This document shows positions 7,196-16,705 of a stretch of DNA of 64,000 bases, piece by piece. The stretch's first letter is position 1. Each line of letters starts with the position of its first letter. Origin of the DNA: Candidatus Woesebacteria bacterium RIFCSPLOWO2_01_FULL_39_23 (GTDB lineage: Bacteria; Patescibacteriota; Microgenomatia; UBA8517); NCBI GenBank assembly GCA_001793095.1, contig MGHG01000007.1:1306-65305 (forward strand). Direction: 5' to 3'. The notes under the pieces are model-generated. The model did not search any database. It was not told where the DNA came from and saw nothing but the letters and a program-made list of their open reading frames with translations. The position numbers were made by a program, and so were the translations under genes.

Positions 7196-8887
7196 ATGGA
7201 AAACAAACTAATATACGTCCAGTATTCAAGAAAATCATCAGAGTCTAGAGAAAAACAGGCATTATCTATTGATGAACAAAAAGAAGAGTGTGTAAAACTT
7301 GAAAAATTATTGGACTTGAACATCCCCTACAAATTAGAAGAATCCCGTTCCGCATACAAACCAGATAATAGACCTGAATTTGATAAGCTGATTTCATTAA
7401 TAGAAGCTGGAAAAGTAAATGCCATACTAACCTGGAAGCCTGATAGGCTTTGCCGTAATCCAAAAGAAGGTGGTTATTTACTCCAATTACTACAAGGTGG
7501 TGTCTTAAAAGAGATTCGGTGTGCTGATGGTGAAACTTATACTCAAGATTCAGACCATTTAATACTCCAAATTCATTTTGGCATGGCAAACCAATACTCA
7601 AGAAATTTAAGCAAGAATGTAAAACGCGGGAACAGCTATAAGTTCTTAAATAACAAACAATGGCTTGGTCCCGCTAAACCAGGGTACTTGAATGCTCAAG
7701 AAGGTAAAGATAAGACAATAGTTGTCGATGAAGAACGTTATCCGATAATTGAAAAGGCTATTAGGTTGATTCTCTCTGGAACTCATACTCCGATGGAAGC
7801 TCTAAATGTGTTGAATAAAAAATTTGGATATAGGAGTCGGAAAACAAAATGCCAAGGTGGTAAACCAATGCATAAAAGTGGTTGGTATCGCTATCTGAGT
7901 GACCCGTATCTTTATGGTTTAATGAAGAGGAAAGAAGGAGAAGTTATGGGTGATTTCAAACCGATGTTATCTAAACCAGAATTTGACAGGTTGCAAATTA
8001 GGTTGGGTAGAAGAGGCACCAGAATTTCCAAGCACGAGATACCCTATCGAGATGTGCTCAAGTGTGGAAGCTGCGGTGGCACTGTATGTGGTGACGATAA
8101 ATGGCAAGTATATTGTCCTGCCTGTAAGGAGAAGTTTCATAAGGGGAAGAATACAACCGAATGTAAATACTGCCACACTCCAATTGAACGGATGAAAAAT
8201 CCTACAATCCTTCATTACGTTTATCTGTTCTGTACAAAAAATAAAAACCCGAATTGTACTCAAAAGATAATCTCGGTTAAAGATTTTGAGAAACTTGTTG
8301 ATGATGAGCTCCTAAAGTTTACAATTCCAGATTCTTTTCGTGATTGGGCTATCAAACACCTGAATAATTGCAACACGAAAGAGGTGGGAGATAGAGAAAT
8401 TGTCAGAACAAACCTAAAAACTGCTTATGATGACTGTGTAAAAAAGCTAGATAGCTTACTTAGTCTCAAAATCAGCCCACAGAATATCGATGGTTCGGTA
8501 ATATCTGATGAAGAGTACAACACCAAACGAAAAACGCTCCTTGATGAAAAGACCAGTCTACTGGAACAGATAAATGGAGTAGATAAGAGGCAGAATGATT
8601 GGATGGAATTATCCGAAAGAACCTTTGATTTTGCAGTTTACGCACGGCATTGGTTGGAACATGGAGACGCTAAACAAAAAAGCTCAATTCTTGCAGCTCT
8701 CGGTTCGAACATAAGGATAATGGACAAGAAACTGCTGATAACACGGCATAAACAGTATTTCTTAATAGAAAAAGGGGTAGGAGAAATTAAACAATTAGCA
8801 AGACAATTCGAACCTGGTAAAACACCCGTATTATCGGAGCATTTACTCTCTTTTGAGCCTATTCGTTCTGCTTGGCTGGGAGACTAG
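7196..8887 (+). mobile_element. Large serine recombinase (resolvase/invertase catalytic domain, recombinase domain, zinc ribbon)
   Basis: N-terminal YVQYSRKSSESREKQALSIDEQ with catalytic Ser, then the TWKPDRLCRN region, then Cys clusters (CGSCGG...C..C, C.YC...C). 563 aa. Confidence 0.9.
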
Positions 8888-8947
8888 GATTCGAACCTAG
8901 ATATACAGATCCAGAATCTGTAGTCCTACCGTTAGACGATCTCCCAA
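8876..8947 (-). tRNA. tRNA-Gln (anticodon CUG)
   Basis: Cloverleaf read on the minus strand: TGGGAGA / D-arm GTCT..GGAC / anticodon stem ACAGA-TTCTGGA-TCTGT / T-arm CTAGG-TTCGAAT-CCTAG / TCTCCCA. Its 3' end overlaps the recombinase stop codon. Confidence 0.85.
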
Positions 8948-9017
8948 TACAAAACTCTGATTAAATTCGATCTTTTAGGAATCTACGCCCGAAGCCTGTT
9001 TTAAAATATTTTTCTCT
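8929..9017. repeat. Direct repeat copy 1: the last 18 codons of the GIY-YIG gene, an intergenic spacer and the first 19 nt of tRNA-Gln
   Basis: About 80% identical to 9283..9371. Seen by eye alignment. Confidence 0.7.
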
Positions 9018-9197
9018 TTTGATTGCTTTATTCTTATCTAAACAAGCTTCATAATAAACCAATTTGATTGGCAACCGAAATTTAGTTGAACTAACTAGTC
9101 CTAATTTGTGTTTATTTACTCTTTTCTCAAGATCATTACTCCATCCAACATAGCGTTTACCATCTCTTTTACTTAACAGCACATAAGTATAATACAT
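8961..9197 (-). CDS. GIY-YIG nuclease-family small protein (YhbQ/UPF0213-like)
   Basis: MYYTYVLLSKRDGKRYVGWSNDLEKRVNKH...LVYYE...KREKYFK, the classic GIY-YIG core. 78 aa. Confidence 0.8.
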   Translation of the reverse strand: MYYTYVLLSKRDGKRYVGWSNDLEKRVNKHKLGLVSSTKFRLPIKLVYYEACLDKNKAIKREKYFKTGFGRRFLKDRI

Positions 9198-9282
9198 AAA
9201 CGCTTCCTACCCGCCCGCCATCGCAAGCCCTGGCCGCCTCGCACTGCTCAGTAAGCAGGTTGGCTCAGGCGTTGCGGGCAGG

Positions 9283-9371
9283 CCATTAGACGATCTCCCA
9301 ATACAAAACTCTGGCTAAATTCGATTTTTCAAAAATCTTCTTCCAAAACCCGTCTTAAAATATTTTTCTCT
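9283..9371. repeat. Direct repeat copy 2: a GIY-YIG 3' remnant (encodes REKYFKTGFGRRFLKNRI*), spacer and a 19-nt tRNA-Gln 5' fragment
   Basis: The minus-strand translation of the remnant keeps the same peptide as copy 1 with mostly synonymous changes (one D to N). The tRNA fragment TTGGGAGATCGTCTAATGG diverges after nt 19. Confidence 0.7.
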
Positions 9372-9399
9372 TTGAATTATACCAAAAATGAGGCTGGAG

Positions 9400-10050
9400 T
9401 TACATCGAGGCTTCGAGTTCCAAGTTGGTCAAATTTTTTACTATAAATTTTTGACTTTTCCGAAAGATTAACCCTTTGCTTTGTAGTTTTTCTATGGAGA
9501 TACTTGCAGTTTCTCGTGTAATACCCGCCAAATTTGCGATATCCTGATGCGTAAGGGGAATATCAATGAGAACATTTTTATTTTTGAAACTCTTCCCGAA
9601 TCTTTTAGCAGAAACTATAAATGCTGAGGCGACCCGTTTATATGCGTTACCGTAAAGTAGCTGTTGGGTAGTTGATAAAAGTCCATCCATGCCGACCAAA
9701 AGGCGCCTAGTCAAATCATACAAAACATCCGGGTTGTCGTTGATGAATTTTAGTGCATCTCCTCTTGTGGCTTTAAAAACTTCAGTTGAAGTCATAGCCT
9801 GATAAAAGTAAGCATTATCCGAATCAGCGATTGCCCATAACATTGGGAAGAATGCACCTTGTTTAAAAATATTAACAGTCAGCTCTGACCCGTTTTCGAA
9901 AATAGACGCCATTTTTACGTAGCCGTTTATCATATAAAAAACTCCAGGCGGTTCTTCCTCGGCTCTTATCAATATTTCACCTCGTTTATATGACTGAAGA
10001 ACGTGTTTAGAGAAAAAACCCAGTAATTTTTGATTAATATCTTTATCCAT
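9400..10050 (-). CDS. Crp/Fnr-family transcriptional regulator (cNMP-binding domain plus HTH)
   Basis: 216 aa. C-terminal HTH LTHQDIANLAGITRETASISIEKL with an N-terminal beta-roll. Confidence 0.85.
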   Translation of the reverse strand: MDKDINQKLLGFFSKHVLQSYKRGEILIRAEEEPPGVFYMINGYVKMASIFENGSELTVNIFKQGAFFPMLWAIADSDNAYFYQAMTSTEVFKATRGDALKFINDNPDVLYDLTRRLLVGMDGLLSTTQQLLYGNAYKRVASAFIVSAKRFGKSFKNKNVLIDIPLTHQDIANLAGITRETASISIEKLQSKGLIFRKSQKFIVKNLTNLELEASM

Positions 10051-10251
10051 TTTAGTTAAGTTAGAAATCTAACTGAATCACTATTTTGCCTATTTTAAAA
10101 TGCTTTTATTAATAATGCAAAGCGTTCTAATCCATGAGATCAGATTATATTAGGTTGGGCCACAATTTGATAGTCTAGGACACCAAATGTGGTCACGTGA
10201 GATGTCTACGATGAAATCGGGACTATCTCACCGTGAGAGGTGGTGATTTTT

Positions 10252-10635
10252 ATGATTAAAATATTAGAGAGTTTAACATTATTTAGTGAAAATGCGAAGC
10301 AATTGGCGCATTTTTATCAGGATAAAGTCGGTTTAAAAATTACTGCCGAGGCGGTTTTCGGCGAAAATGACGAAGAATACTATGAACTAGAAGCCGGTGA
10401 CGGCACCCCCATCTATATCATTGATCACTCGGAAATCAAAGGAAAAAACAAAGACCCAAAAAGATTTCTTTTTAACCTGGAAGTTGACGATATTAAAAAA
10501 GCGTTTAAGAAATTAAAAAAAGCGGGGGTGAAAAAAATTGCCGACGTCTATCATATGCAGGAGTACGGCTATATAGCGACGTTTGCGGATGTGGACGGTA
10601 ATTATTTTCAGATTGTTCAGATACGTCCAAGTTAA
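10252..10635 (+). CDS. VOC/glyoxalase-bleomycin-resistance family protein
   Basis: About 127 aa with a glyoxalase-like fold pattern. The track start at 10240 is GTG. ATG 10252 is preceded by GAGAGGTGGTGA. Confidence 0.75.
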   Translation: MIKILESLTLFSENAKQLAHFYQDKVGLKITAEAVFGENDEEYYELEAGDGTPIYIIDHSEIKGKNKDPKRFLFNLEVDDIKKAFKKLKKAGVKKIADVYHMQEYGYIATFADVDGNYFQIVQIRPS

Positions 10636-10683
10636 AAACTGAGCCTCTTCTTTGTCGACTATACTGTTAATATTGTATTTAGC

Positions 10684-11874
10684 GTGAAAAAAATATTTAC
10701 TTATATTTTCCTGGTAGTTGTCTTTTTGGTGGTTATAGTCCTTATCGCAGCAAAATATTTAAATTTAGACAGAAAGACTACAATCTCATTAATTGAACCG
10801 AGTCGAAATAATGATTTAAAGAAATTACCCCAGGGATCAACTTTAGATAAACCTCTTAATATACCGGCGGACTTCAAAATGGCAATTTATGCAGATTTGA
10901 AGAGTGCATCCCCGAGAGTATTGGAATTTGACATGAACGGAGTACTTTTAGCGTCAATTCCCGGTGAGGGTAAAATTGTTGCATTACCCGATAGAAACGC
11001 GGACGGCATTGCTGACGGGGAAAATGTAGTTATTAATGGCTTGAATAGACCTCACGGCATGGCATTTAACAATGATTTTTTCTATGTTGCGGAAACGGAT
11101 AAAGTCGTTAGATATAAATATGATCCAATAAAATTTAAAGTAAGTGAAGGAAAAATACTATTTACTTTACCGGGGGGAGGTCGACATTTTACTCGAACAC
11201 TAAAAGTACTCGGGGACAAATTGTATACATCTGTCGGTTCATCTTGCGATACATGTGTGGAATCTGACGACAAAAGAGCGGCCATTCTAGTATCGGATTT
11301 GGACGGAGGCAATTTAAAGGTTTTTGCACAAGGCTTAAGAAATACAGTATTTTTTGCATTTGATCCTTCGGCAAGCTCAGGACAAGTAAGAATATGGGGA
11401 AATGATATGGGAAGAGATTTTTTGGGCGACGATCTTCCTCCTGATGAACTGAATATTGTTTCCGAAGGAAAAGATTACGGTTGGCCTTACTGTTACGGGG
11501 ACCGTATTAGAGACGCTAAATTTATGAATGACAAAGAACCCGACTACTGTCAACATACAGAGAAAGCACAGGTTTTTTATCCTGCTCATGTTGCCCCACT
11601 CGGAATTGTCTTTATTACATCCGACTTATTTCCTAAAGATGACTGGGGAAAAATTTTAGTTGCTTTTCACGGATCATGGAACAGAAGCAGCGCTGTTGGA
11701 TACAAAATAGTTAAAATAGACCCTGATACAGGCAGATTGGAAAATTTTATAACTGGGTGGCTAAATGCAAAGGGAAGTGTGTTAGGCAGACCGGTTGATT
11801 TGATATTTGCTAATAACGGAGTACTTTATATTTCAGATGATAAAGCTAATTTAATATATATCTTGACTAAATAA
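10684..11874 (+). CDS. Membrane-anchored soluble quinoprotein glucose/sorbosone dehydrogenase-like beta-propeller (GSDH family)
   Basis: N-terminal TM, then RPHGMAF, GDKLYTSVGS, DYGWPYCYG and GRPVDLIFANNGVLYISDD, typical of PQQ-dependent sugar dehydrogenases. GTG start. Confidence 0.7.
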   Translation: MKKIFTYIFLVVVFLVVIVLIAAKYLNLDRKTTISLIEPSRNNDLKKLPQGSTLDKPLNIPADFKMAIYADLKSASPRVLEFDMNGVLLASIPGEGKIVALPDRNADGIADGENVVINGLNRPHGMAFNNDFFYVAETDKVVRYKYDPIKFKVSEGKILFTLPGGGRHFTRTLKVLGDKLYTSVGSSCDTCVESDDKRAAILVSDLDGGNLKVFAQGLRNTVFFAFDPSASSGQVRIWGNDMGRDFLGDDLPPDELNIVSEGKDYGWPYCYGDRIRDAKFMNDKEPDYCQHTEKAQVFYPAHVAPLGIVFITSDLFPKDDWGKILVAFHGSWNRSSAVGYKIVKIDPDTGRLENFITGWLNAKGSVLGRPVDLIFANNGVLYISDDKANLIYILTK

Positions 11875-11925
11875 CCCTTTGAGTAAAATCTGCTACACTA
11901 GAAGCGAGATCTATGCCTTGCTAGT

Positions 11926-12666
11926 ATGAATATTTTTTGGGCGGTTTTTTTGGGTATTGTTCAGGGGTTAACTGAGTTTATTCCCGTTTCCTCCTCCGGC
12001 CATTTAGTTTTATTTCAAAATCTTATTCCGGGTTTTAACCAACCGGGAATTTTATTCGATGTTATTCTTCACCTCGCAACACTGACCGCGGTTTTTTATT
12101 TTTTCCGAAAAACATTAATGATGATCAGTAAAAAGTATATTTTACTTCTCGGTGTCGGGACTATACCAGCAGCACTAGCAGGGTATTTTTTTCATAAACA
12201 ATTTGTAGCACTCTTTGGCAGCATCAATGCTCTGGGGATAGAGTTTTTAATTACGGGATTATTAAATATGTTGGTTGATAGTGCTAAAACAGTCAAAAAA
12301 ACCATATCCTTGCCAGATTCTTTTGCAATCGGTATTGCACAGGCAATTGCAATTATTCCCGGAATTTCGCGCTCAGGTGCCACTATTTTTACGGGAGTTA
12401 AGCTGGGTATTGATCGCGAAAAAGTAGCAGAATTTTCGTTTTTATTGTCTATTCCCGCGATACTGGGTGCGAATATTTTGCAGCTTATTGATTATCAATC
12501 CGATGCAATAATTCATCCGAGCTATTATCTTGTGGGATTTATGTCAGCGTTGATTACCGGTTATCTCTCAATCGGAGTCGTTTATAAATTTATTCGTGAG
12601 AGAAAATTTCGATTATTCGGAGTTTACTGTATCCTCTTGGGGTTTCTTACGATTATTGTTCTTTGA
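11926..12666 (+). CDS. uppP: Undecaprenyl-diphosphate phosphatase
   Basis: VQGLTEFIPVSSSGHLVL and ISRSGATIFTG signature motifs. 246 aa, polytopic. Confidence 0.9.
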   Translation: MNIFWAVFLGIVQGLTEFIPVSSSGHLVLFQNLIPGFNQPGILFDVILHLATLTAVFYFFRKTLMMISKKYILLLGVGTIPAALAGYFFHKQFVALFGSINALGIEFLITGLLNMLVDSAKTVKKTISLPDSFAIGIAQAIAIIPGISRSGATIFTGVKLGIDREKVAEFSFLLSIPAILGANILQLIDYQSDAIIHPSYYLVGFMSALITGYLSIGVVYKFIRERKFRLFGVYCILLGFLTIIVL

Positions 12667-13035
12667 TCATTTGAGGATAAGAATAATTTTCGGCAGGAAG
12701 AGAACCGATCCTATTATTACCGATATTAATGCGGCCAGTAATACACATGCGGCAGAAACGTCCTTGGCAATTTTTGCAAATGGGCTCATCTCAGGCGAGA
12801 CTAAATCCACAAAAGCTTCCATGACAGTATTTAAAAGCTCAAGTGTGATGACGTAAAAAATTGTAAATAAAAGAAGTAACCATTCCAGGTAGCTAAGCTT
12901 CAGTATTAATCCTGTCAAGAGTGCAAGTGTACCTGCAACAATATGTATTTTTAAATTTGGTTCGGATTTAATCGCCGTTTTAAGACCAGTTATAGCGTAT
13001 GCAAAACTTCGGATTGTGGAATGCCTGATACCCAT
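12667..13035 (-). CDS. dgkA: Diacylglycerol/undecaprenol kinase
   Basis: 122 aa with three TMs and EMSPFAKIAKDVSAACVLLAAL DAGK_prokar motifs. Confidence 0.85.
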   Translation of the reverse strand: MGIRHSTIRSFAYAITGLKTAIKSEPNLKIHIVAGTLALLTGLILKLSYLEWLLLLFTIFYVITLELLNTVMEAFVDLVSPEMSPFAKIAKDVSAACVLLAALISVIIGSVLFLPKIILILK

Positions 13036-13104
13036 ATTAGTAGTCTAAGTTTAAGTCGGCGCAAATGCAAATTGCCATTTTCGGGTTGTTGTATACTTTA
13101 AATT

Positions 13105-13602
13105 ATGAATCCAATTATTATTTATAGTGAAAATAGTTTGTATCTGACTTTTATTACCTTTCTCGGAAGCTTCTTGATATGGTTCATGTTTGCCGGGCTT
13201 ATCTTTTTATGGGTAATAGACGGACGGATTAAAAAAGAAGTTGTTCTCCATGCCTTAACTGCTTGTCTAATTTCTTGGTTGATGGTATTGGTAATTAAAA
13301 GTTTATTACCGCATGCACGGCCTTTTGAGGTAAACGGCCGCTTGCCTTTGACTTTTACCATTCCGACTCCCGAAACTTCGTTCCCGTCTGCGCATTCCAC
13401 TGTCGCTTTTGCAATAGCAGCAAGTATTTGGTTACACAAGAAGAAACTTGGTATTTGGTTTATCGCTCTTGCTATATTAGTTGCCATGGGCAGGGTAGCA
13501 ACAAATGTCCATTATATGATCGATGTAGTAAGCGGGGGATTTGTCGGAGTGGGAACTGCATATTTAGTCAAAAAACTTCATGTATTTAAGCTTTTGGGAT
13601 AG
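13105..13602 (+). CDS. PAP2-family membrane phosphatase
   Basis: The SFPSAHS and GRVATNVHYMIDV motifs are the PAP2 signature pair (PSGH ... SRxxxxxHxxxD). Confidence 0.8.
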   Translation: MNPIIIYSENSLYLTFITFLGSFLIWFMFAGLIFLWVIDGRIKKEVVLHALTACLISWLMVLVIKSLLPHARPFEVNGRLPLTFTIPTPETSFPSAHSTVAFAIAASIWLHKKKLGIWFIALAILVAMGRVATNVHYMIDVVSGGFVGVGTAYLVKKLHVFKLLG

Positions 13603-13659
13603 TTTCGAGTCTTGACAATTAGCAGATAAATGTTTAGACTGCTAAAATACTAAATATCA

Positions 13660-16098
13660 ATGGAAAATCAGGTAACTAAAAATTTAAGAAGAATTCCCAT
13701 TGTCCCTATCCGGGGATCCGTTGTCTTTCCGCACACAGACGCTGTCTTGACCTTTGGCAGGAAAAAAAGTGTTGCCGCAATAAATAGCGCTTTTCAGGAA
13801 GATAAGGTTGTTGCGATATTTACACAAAAAGATCCGAGAATGGCTGAGCCTGGACAGGTTGATTTATACAAAGTTGGAACAATCGCGGTTATTACCCAGA
13901 TGATGTCGACAGAAGGTGAAATTCACGCAGTCGTTAAGGGACAAGTTAGAGTTAAGTTGGCTGAGATTATTTCACAGGAACCTTTTCTCGTGGGCATGGT
14001 CGAAGAAATTCCAGAGGAGTCTCCCCTAACCGATGAGGTAAAAGCACTGTCGAATAATCTCATTGAGCTCTTTAAGAAAGCGATTAATTTGGGAAAACAG
14101 GCTGAAATAATGACGGTTATGAATTTGGTTTCGGGTCAGCCCGAGGCATACCAGGTTGCCGACCAAGTGGCATCGCTTCTCGATATTAAAACTAGTGAAA
14201 AACAGCGACTCCTCGAAACCGTTCCAATGAAGAAACGCATTGATAAAATCCTTGAATATCTCGCACACGAGGTTAACGTCCTCGAGCTTGAGAAGACTAT
14301 TTCGACTAAAACCCAGCATAGATTTGAAGACCAAATGAGGAAAGCCATGCTTCGGGAAAAAAAGAAAACAATTGAAGAAGAGCTGGGTGAAGAAGAGCTG
14401 GGAGATTTATCTTCTGAAGAGGTTAAAACATATAGAAAGAAAATTAAGGCAGCAAGCATGCCCAGAGATGTTGAAGAAAAAGCCAGGAAGGAATTAGCCA
14501 GACTGATTCAGATGTCTCCCCACAACCCGGAGGGAGGCTACATCAGAAATTATTTAGATTGGCTGTGCGATATGCCTTGGAGTAAATTATCGCCCAACGA
14601 TGTGTCAATAAAACGTGCAGCAAAAATACTTGAAGATGATCATTATGGCTTAGATAAAGCAAAAGAAAGAATTTTGGAATATTTAGCCGTAATGAAAGTT
14701 AAAAGAGGATCTACCAAGAAATTGTTAAAAAGCGGAGATAAAGATGAAAGTCAACCGACAATTCTTTGTTTTATCGGCCCACCCGGAGTAGGTAAAACCT
14801 CAATCGGTAAATCGATAGCCAAAGCTTTAAAGAGAAAATTTGTTCGGGTTTCGCTTGGCGGTATTAGAGATGAAGCAGAAATAAGAGGTCATAGACGAAC
14901 CTATGTCGGAGCTCTTCCGGGGCGAGTTATTCAGGGGATTAAAAATGCTGGCACGAAAAATCCAGTCTTCATGCTCGACGAGATAGACAAATTGGGCGTC
15001 GATTTCAGAGGTGACCCGTCATCGGCACTCCTTGAAGCGCTTGATCCTGAGCAAAATAAGGAATTTTCAGATCACTATTTAGAAGTGCCGTTTGATCTGT
15101 CGCACGTCATGTTTATTGCTACAGGAAATGTTATGGAGAGTATTCCGGCTGCCCTAAAAGACAGAATGGAGATAATTAATTTCCCGGGTTATACGCAGGA
15201 TGAAAAGTTTAATATTGCCAAAAAGTTTTTATGGCCGAAACAACTTAGGCTGCATGGTCTGGCAGGAGAAAAACTTCAGATAAGTGATGCGGCTCTGAAT
15301 GAGATAATTGTTCGCTACACGAGAGAGGCGGGGGTAAGAAATCTGGAGAGAAATCTGGCAACAATTTGCCGAAAGGTTGCACGTTTTGTCGCCGAAAAGA
15401 AAAAGTTTTCTTTGACCTTAGACCTGCCCGAAGTCAGAAAGTTTCTCGGTCCTCAGAAATTTTCGTCATTAATTGCAGAGAAAAATGACGAAGTCGGTAT
15501 GGCAACGGGACTTGCGGTAACTGCGGCCGGAGGAGAGATTTTGTTTATCGAGGTAGCTTTAATGCCTGGTCGCGGTAAGCTTACCTTAACGGGACAGCTG
15601 GGCGATGTCATGAAAGAATCTGCCAAGGCAGCGTTTACGTGGGCTAAGGCTCACTGGAAAGAGTTGGGGCTAAAAGAAACTTTTGGTAATCGCATGGACG
15701 TACATATCCACGTTCCTGAAGGGGCTGTTCCGAAGGACGGGCCGTCGGCCGGAATTGCAATCACAACTGCACTAGTATCTGCTCTGACAGGAATACCGGT
15801 AAAAAGATATGTTGGGATGACGGGGGAAATAACACTTCGCGGCAGAGTGCTGGAGATTGGTGGCGTGAAAGAAAAAGTAATTGCGGGCCATTTAGCCGGA
15901 CTTAAAACAATTATTCTTCCGAAAGATAACGAAAAAGATATGGAAGACGTTCCCAAAAAAGTCAAAAAAGATATCAAGTTTATCTTTGCTGAACGCTACG
16001 ACGAGGTTTTGAAAATAGCTCTTAAAAAACTTCCGGAACCTAAAATTGAACAAGTTAAGAAAAGAGTTCCGTCTCCGAGCTACATTGCCACAGTTTAA
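13660..16098 (+). CDS. lon: ATP-dependent Lon protease
   Basis: LON N-domain, Walker A GPPGVGKTS and an S16 protease domain DGPSAGIAITTALVSALTG with Ser-Lys dyad context. 812 aa. Confidence 0.95.
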   Translation: MENQVTKNLRRIPIVPIRGSVVFPHTDAVLTFGRKKSVAAINSAFQEDKVVAIFTQKDPRMAEPGQVDLYKVGTIAVITQMMSTEGEIHAVVKGQVRVKLAEIISQEPFLVGMVEEIPEESPLTDEVKALSNNLIELFKKAINLGKQAEIMTVMNLVSGQPEAYQVADQVASLLDIKTSEKQRLLETVPMKKRIDKILEYLAHEVNVLELEKTISTKTQHRFEDQMRKAMLREKKKTIEEELGEEELGDLSSEEVKTYRKKIKAASMPRDVEEKARKELARLIQMSPHNPEGGYIRNYLDWLCDMPWSKLSPNDVSIKRAAKILEDDHYGLDKAKERILEYLAVMKVKRGSTKKLLKSGDKDESQPTILCFIGPPGVGKTSIGKSIAKALKRKFVRVSLGGIRDEAEIRGHRRTYVGALPGRVIQGIKNAGTKNPVFMLDEIDKLGVDFRGDPSSALLEALDPEQNKEFSDHYLEVPFDLSHVMFIATGNVMESIPAALKDRMEIINFPGYTQDEKFNIAKKFLWPKQLRLHGLAGEKLQISDAALNEIIVRYTREAGVRNLERNLATICRKVARFVAEKKKFSLTLDLPEVRKFLGPQKFSSLIAEKNDEVGMATGLAVTAAGGEILFIEVALMPGRGKLTLTGQLGDVMKESAKAAFTWAKAHWKELGLKETFGNRMDVHIHVPEGAVPKDGPSAGIAITTALVSALTGIPVKRYVGMTGEITLRGRVLEIGGVKEKVIAGHLAGLKTIILPKDNEKDMEDVPKKVKKDIKFIFAERYDEVLKIALKKLPEPKIEQVKKRVPSPSYIATV

Positions 16099-16553
16099 CA
16101 ACTAGCGGACTCTCGAAAAAAAGTGATATACTGCTATATGGTAGTAGAAATTACTCCTGCCAGATCTTCACAGTACGGGACAACTACAGGTGAACGTAAA
16201 ATGGGACATATTAATCGATGCATTACGAGTATGCGTCTCCGGGGTTTTGTTTTTGATCGGTTAAAACACCGTTTTATTAAAATTCAACCTGTTGGCGATA
16301 GATCCGATGTAAGTAAGGAAGAATCCGAACCGCCAATTAGTATTAATTAAATCAAGATATGTGACCAGGCTTTAGTCTGAACCTGCTAGCAGTATACACG
16401 CGTCTGTGATGGCTTCACGTATCCGGGATTATTTAATTTAATCTACTGAAACCCACGGTTTTGTTGTCTTTTAGCTTCAATTAAAGTAAAATTGTAGTAG
16501 TCAATCTTATTGAAGTGACGCCGTTGTCAAAAGTTAGTAAATCGAGAAAAAGA

Positions 16554-16628
16554 GGCCCCATCGTCTAGTGGCTTAGGACGTCAGGTTCTCATCCTGAAAA
16601 CTCGGGTTCGACTCCCGGTGGGGTCACC
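16554..16628 (+). tRNA. tRNA-Glu (anticodon CUC)
   Basis: GGCCCCA / D-arm GTCT-AGTGGCTTA-GGAC / TCAGG-TTCTCAT-CCTGA / T-arm TCGGG-TTCGACT-CCCGG / TGGGGTC-A. Confidence 0.85.
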
Positions 16629-16705
16629 GACCTACGCTAAAGCTTCGGCCGGCAGGCTAATATAAATAAAGGTCGTCGTCCGAAGCCTTGGCGAAGGATG
16701 AAAGT

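Noticed and set aside
9283-9302. Possible second tRNA-Gln gene
   Set aside because: Only the first 19 nt match. There is no anticodon or T-arm, and the downstream sequence does not fold as a tRNA.
11082-11589. Three minus-strand ORFs inside the GSDH-like dehydrogenase gene
   Set aside because: They are antisense to a 396-aa ORF with conserved beta-propeller motifs.
14026-14459. Minus-strand ORFs inside lon
   Set aside because: They are antisense to the Lon AAA+ region and are Ser-rich low-complexity.
16123-16350. 75-aa ORF in the lon-tRNA gap
   Set aside because: It has no RBS or motif, and I treat the region as non-coding or an ncRNA candidate instead.
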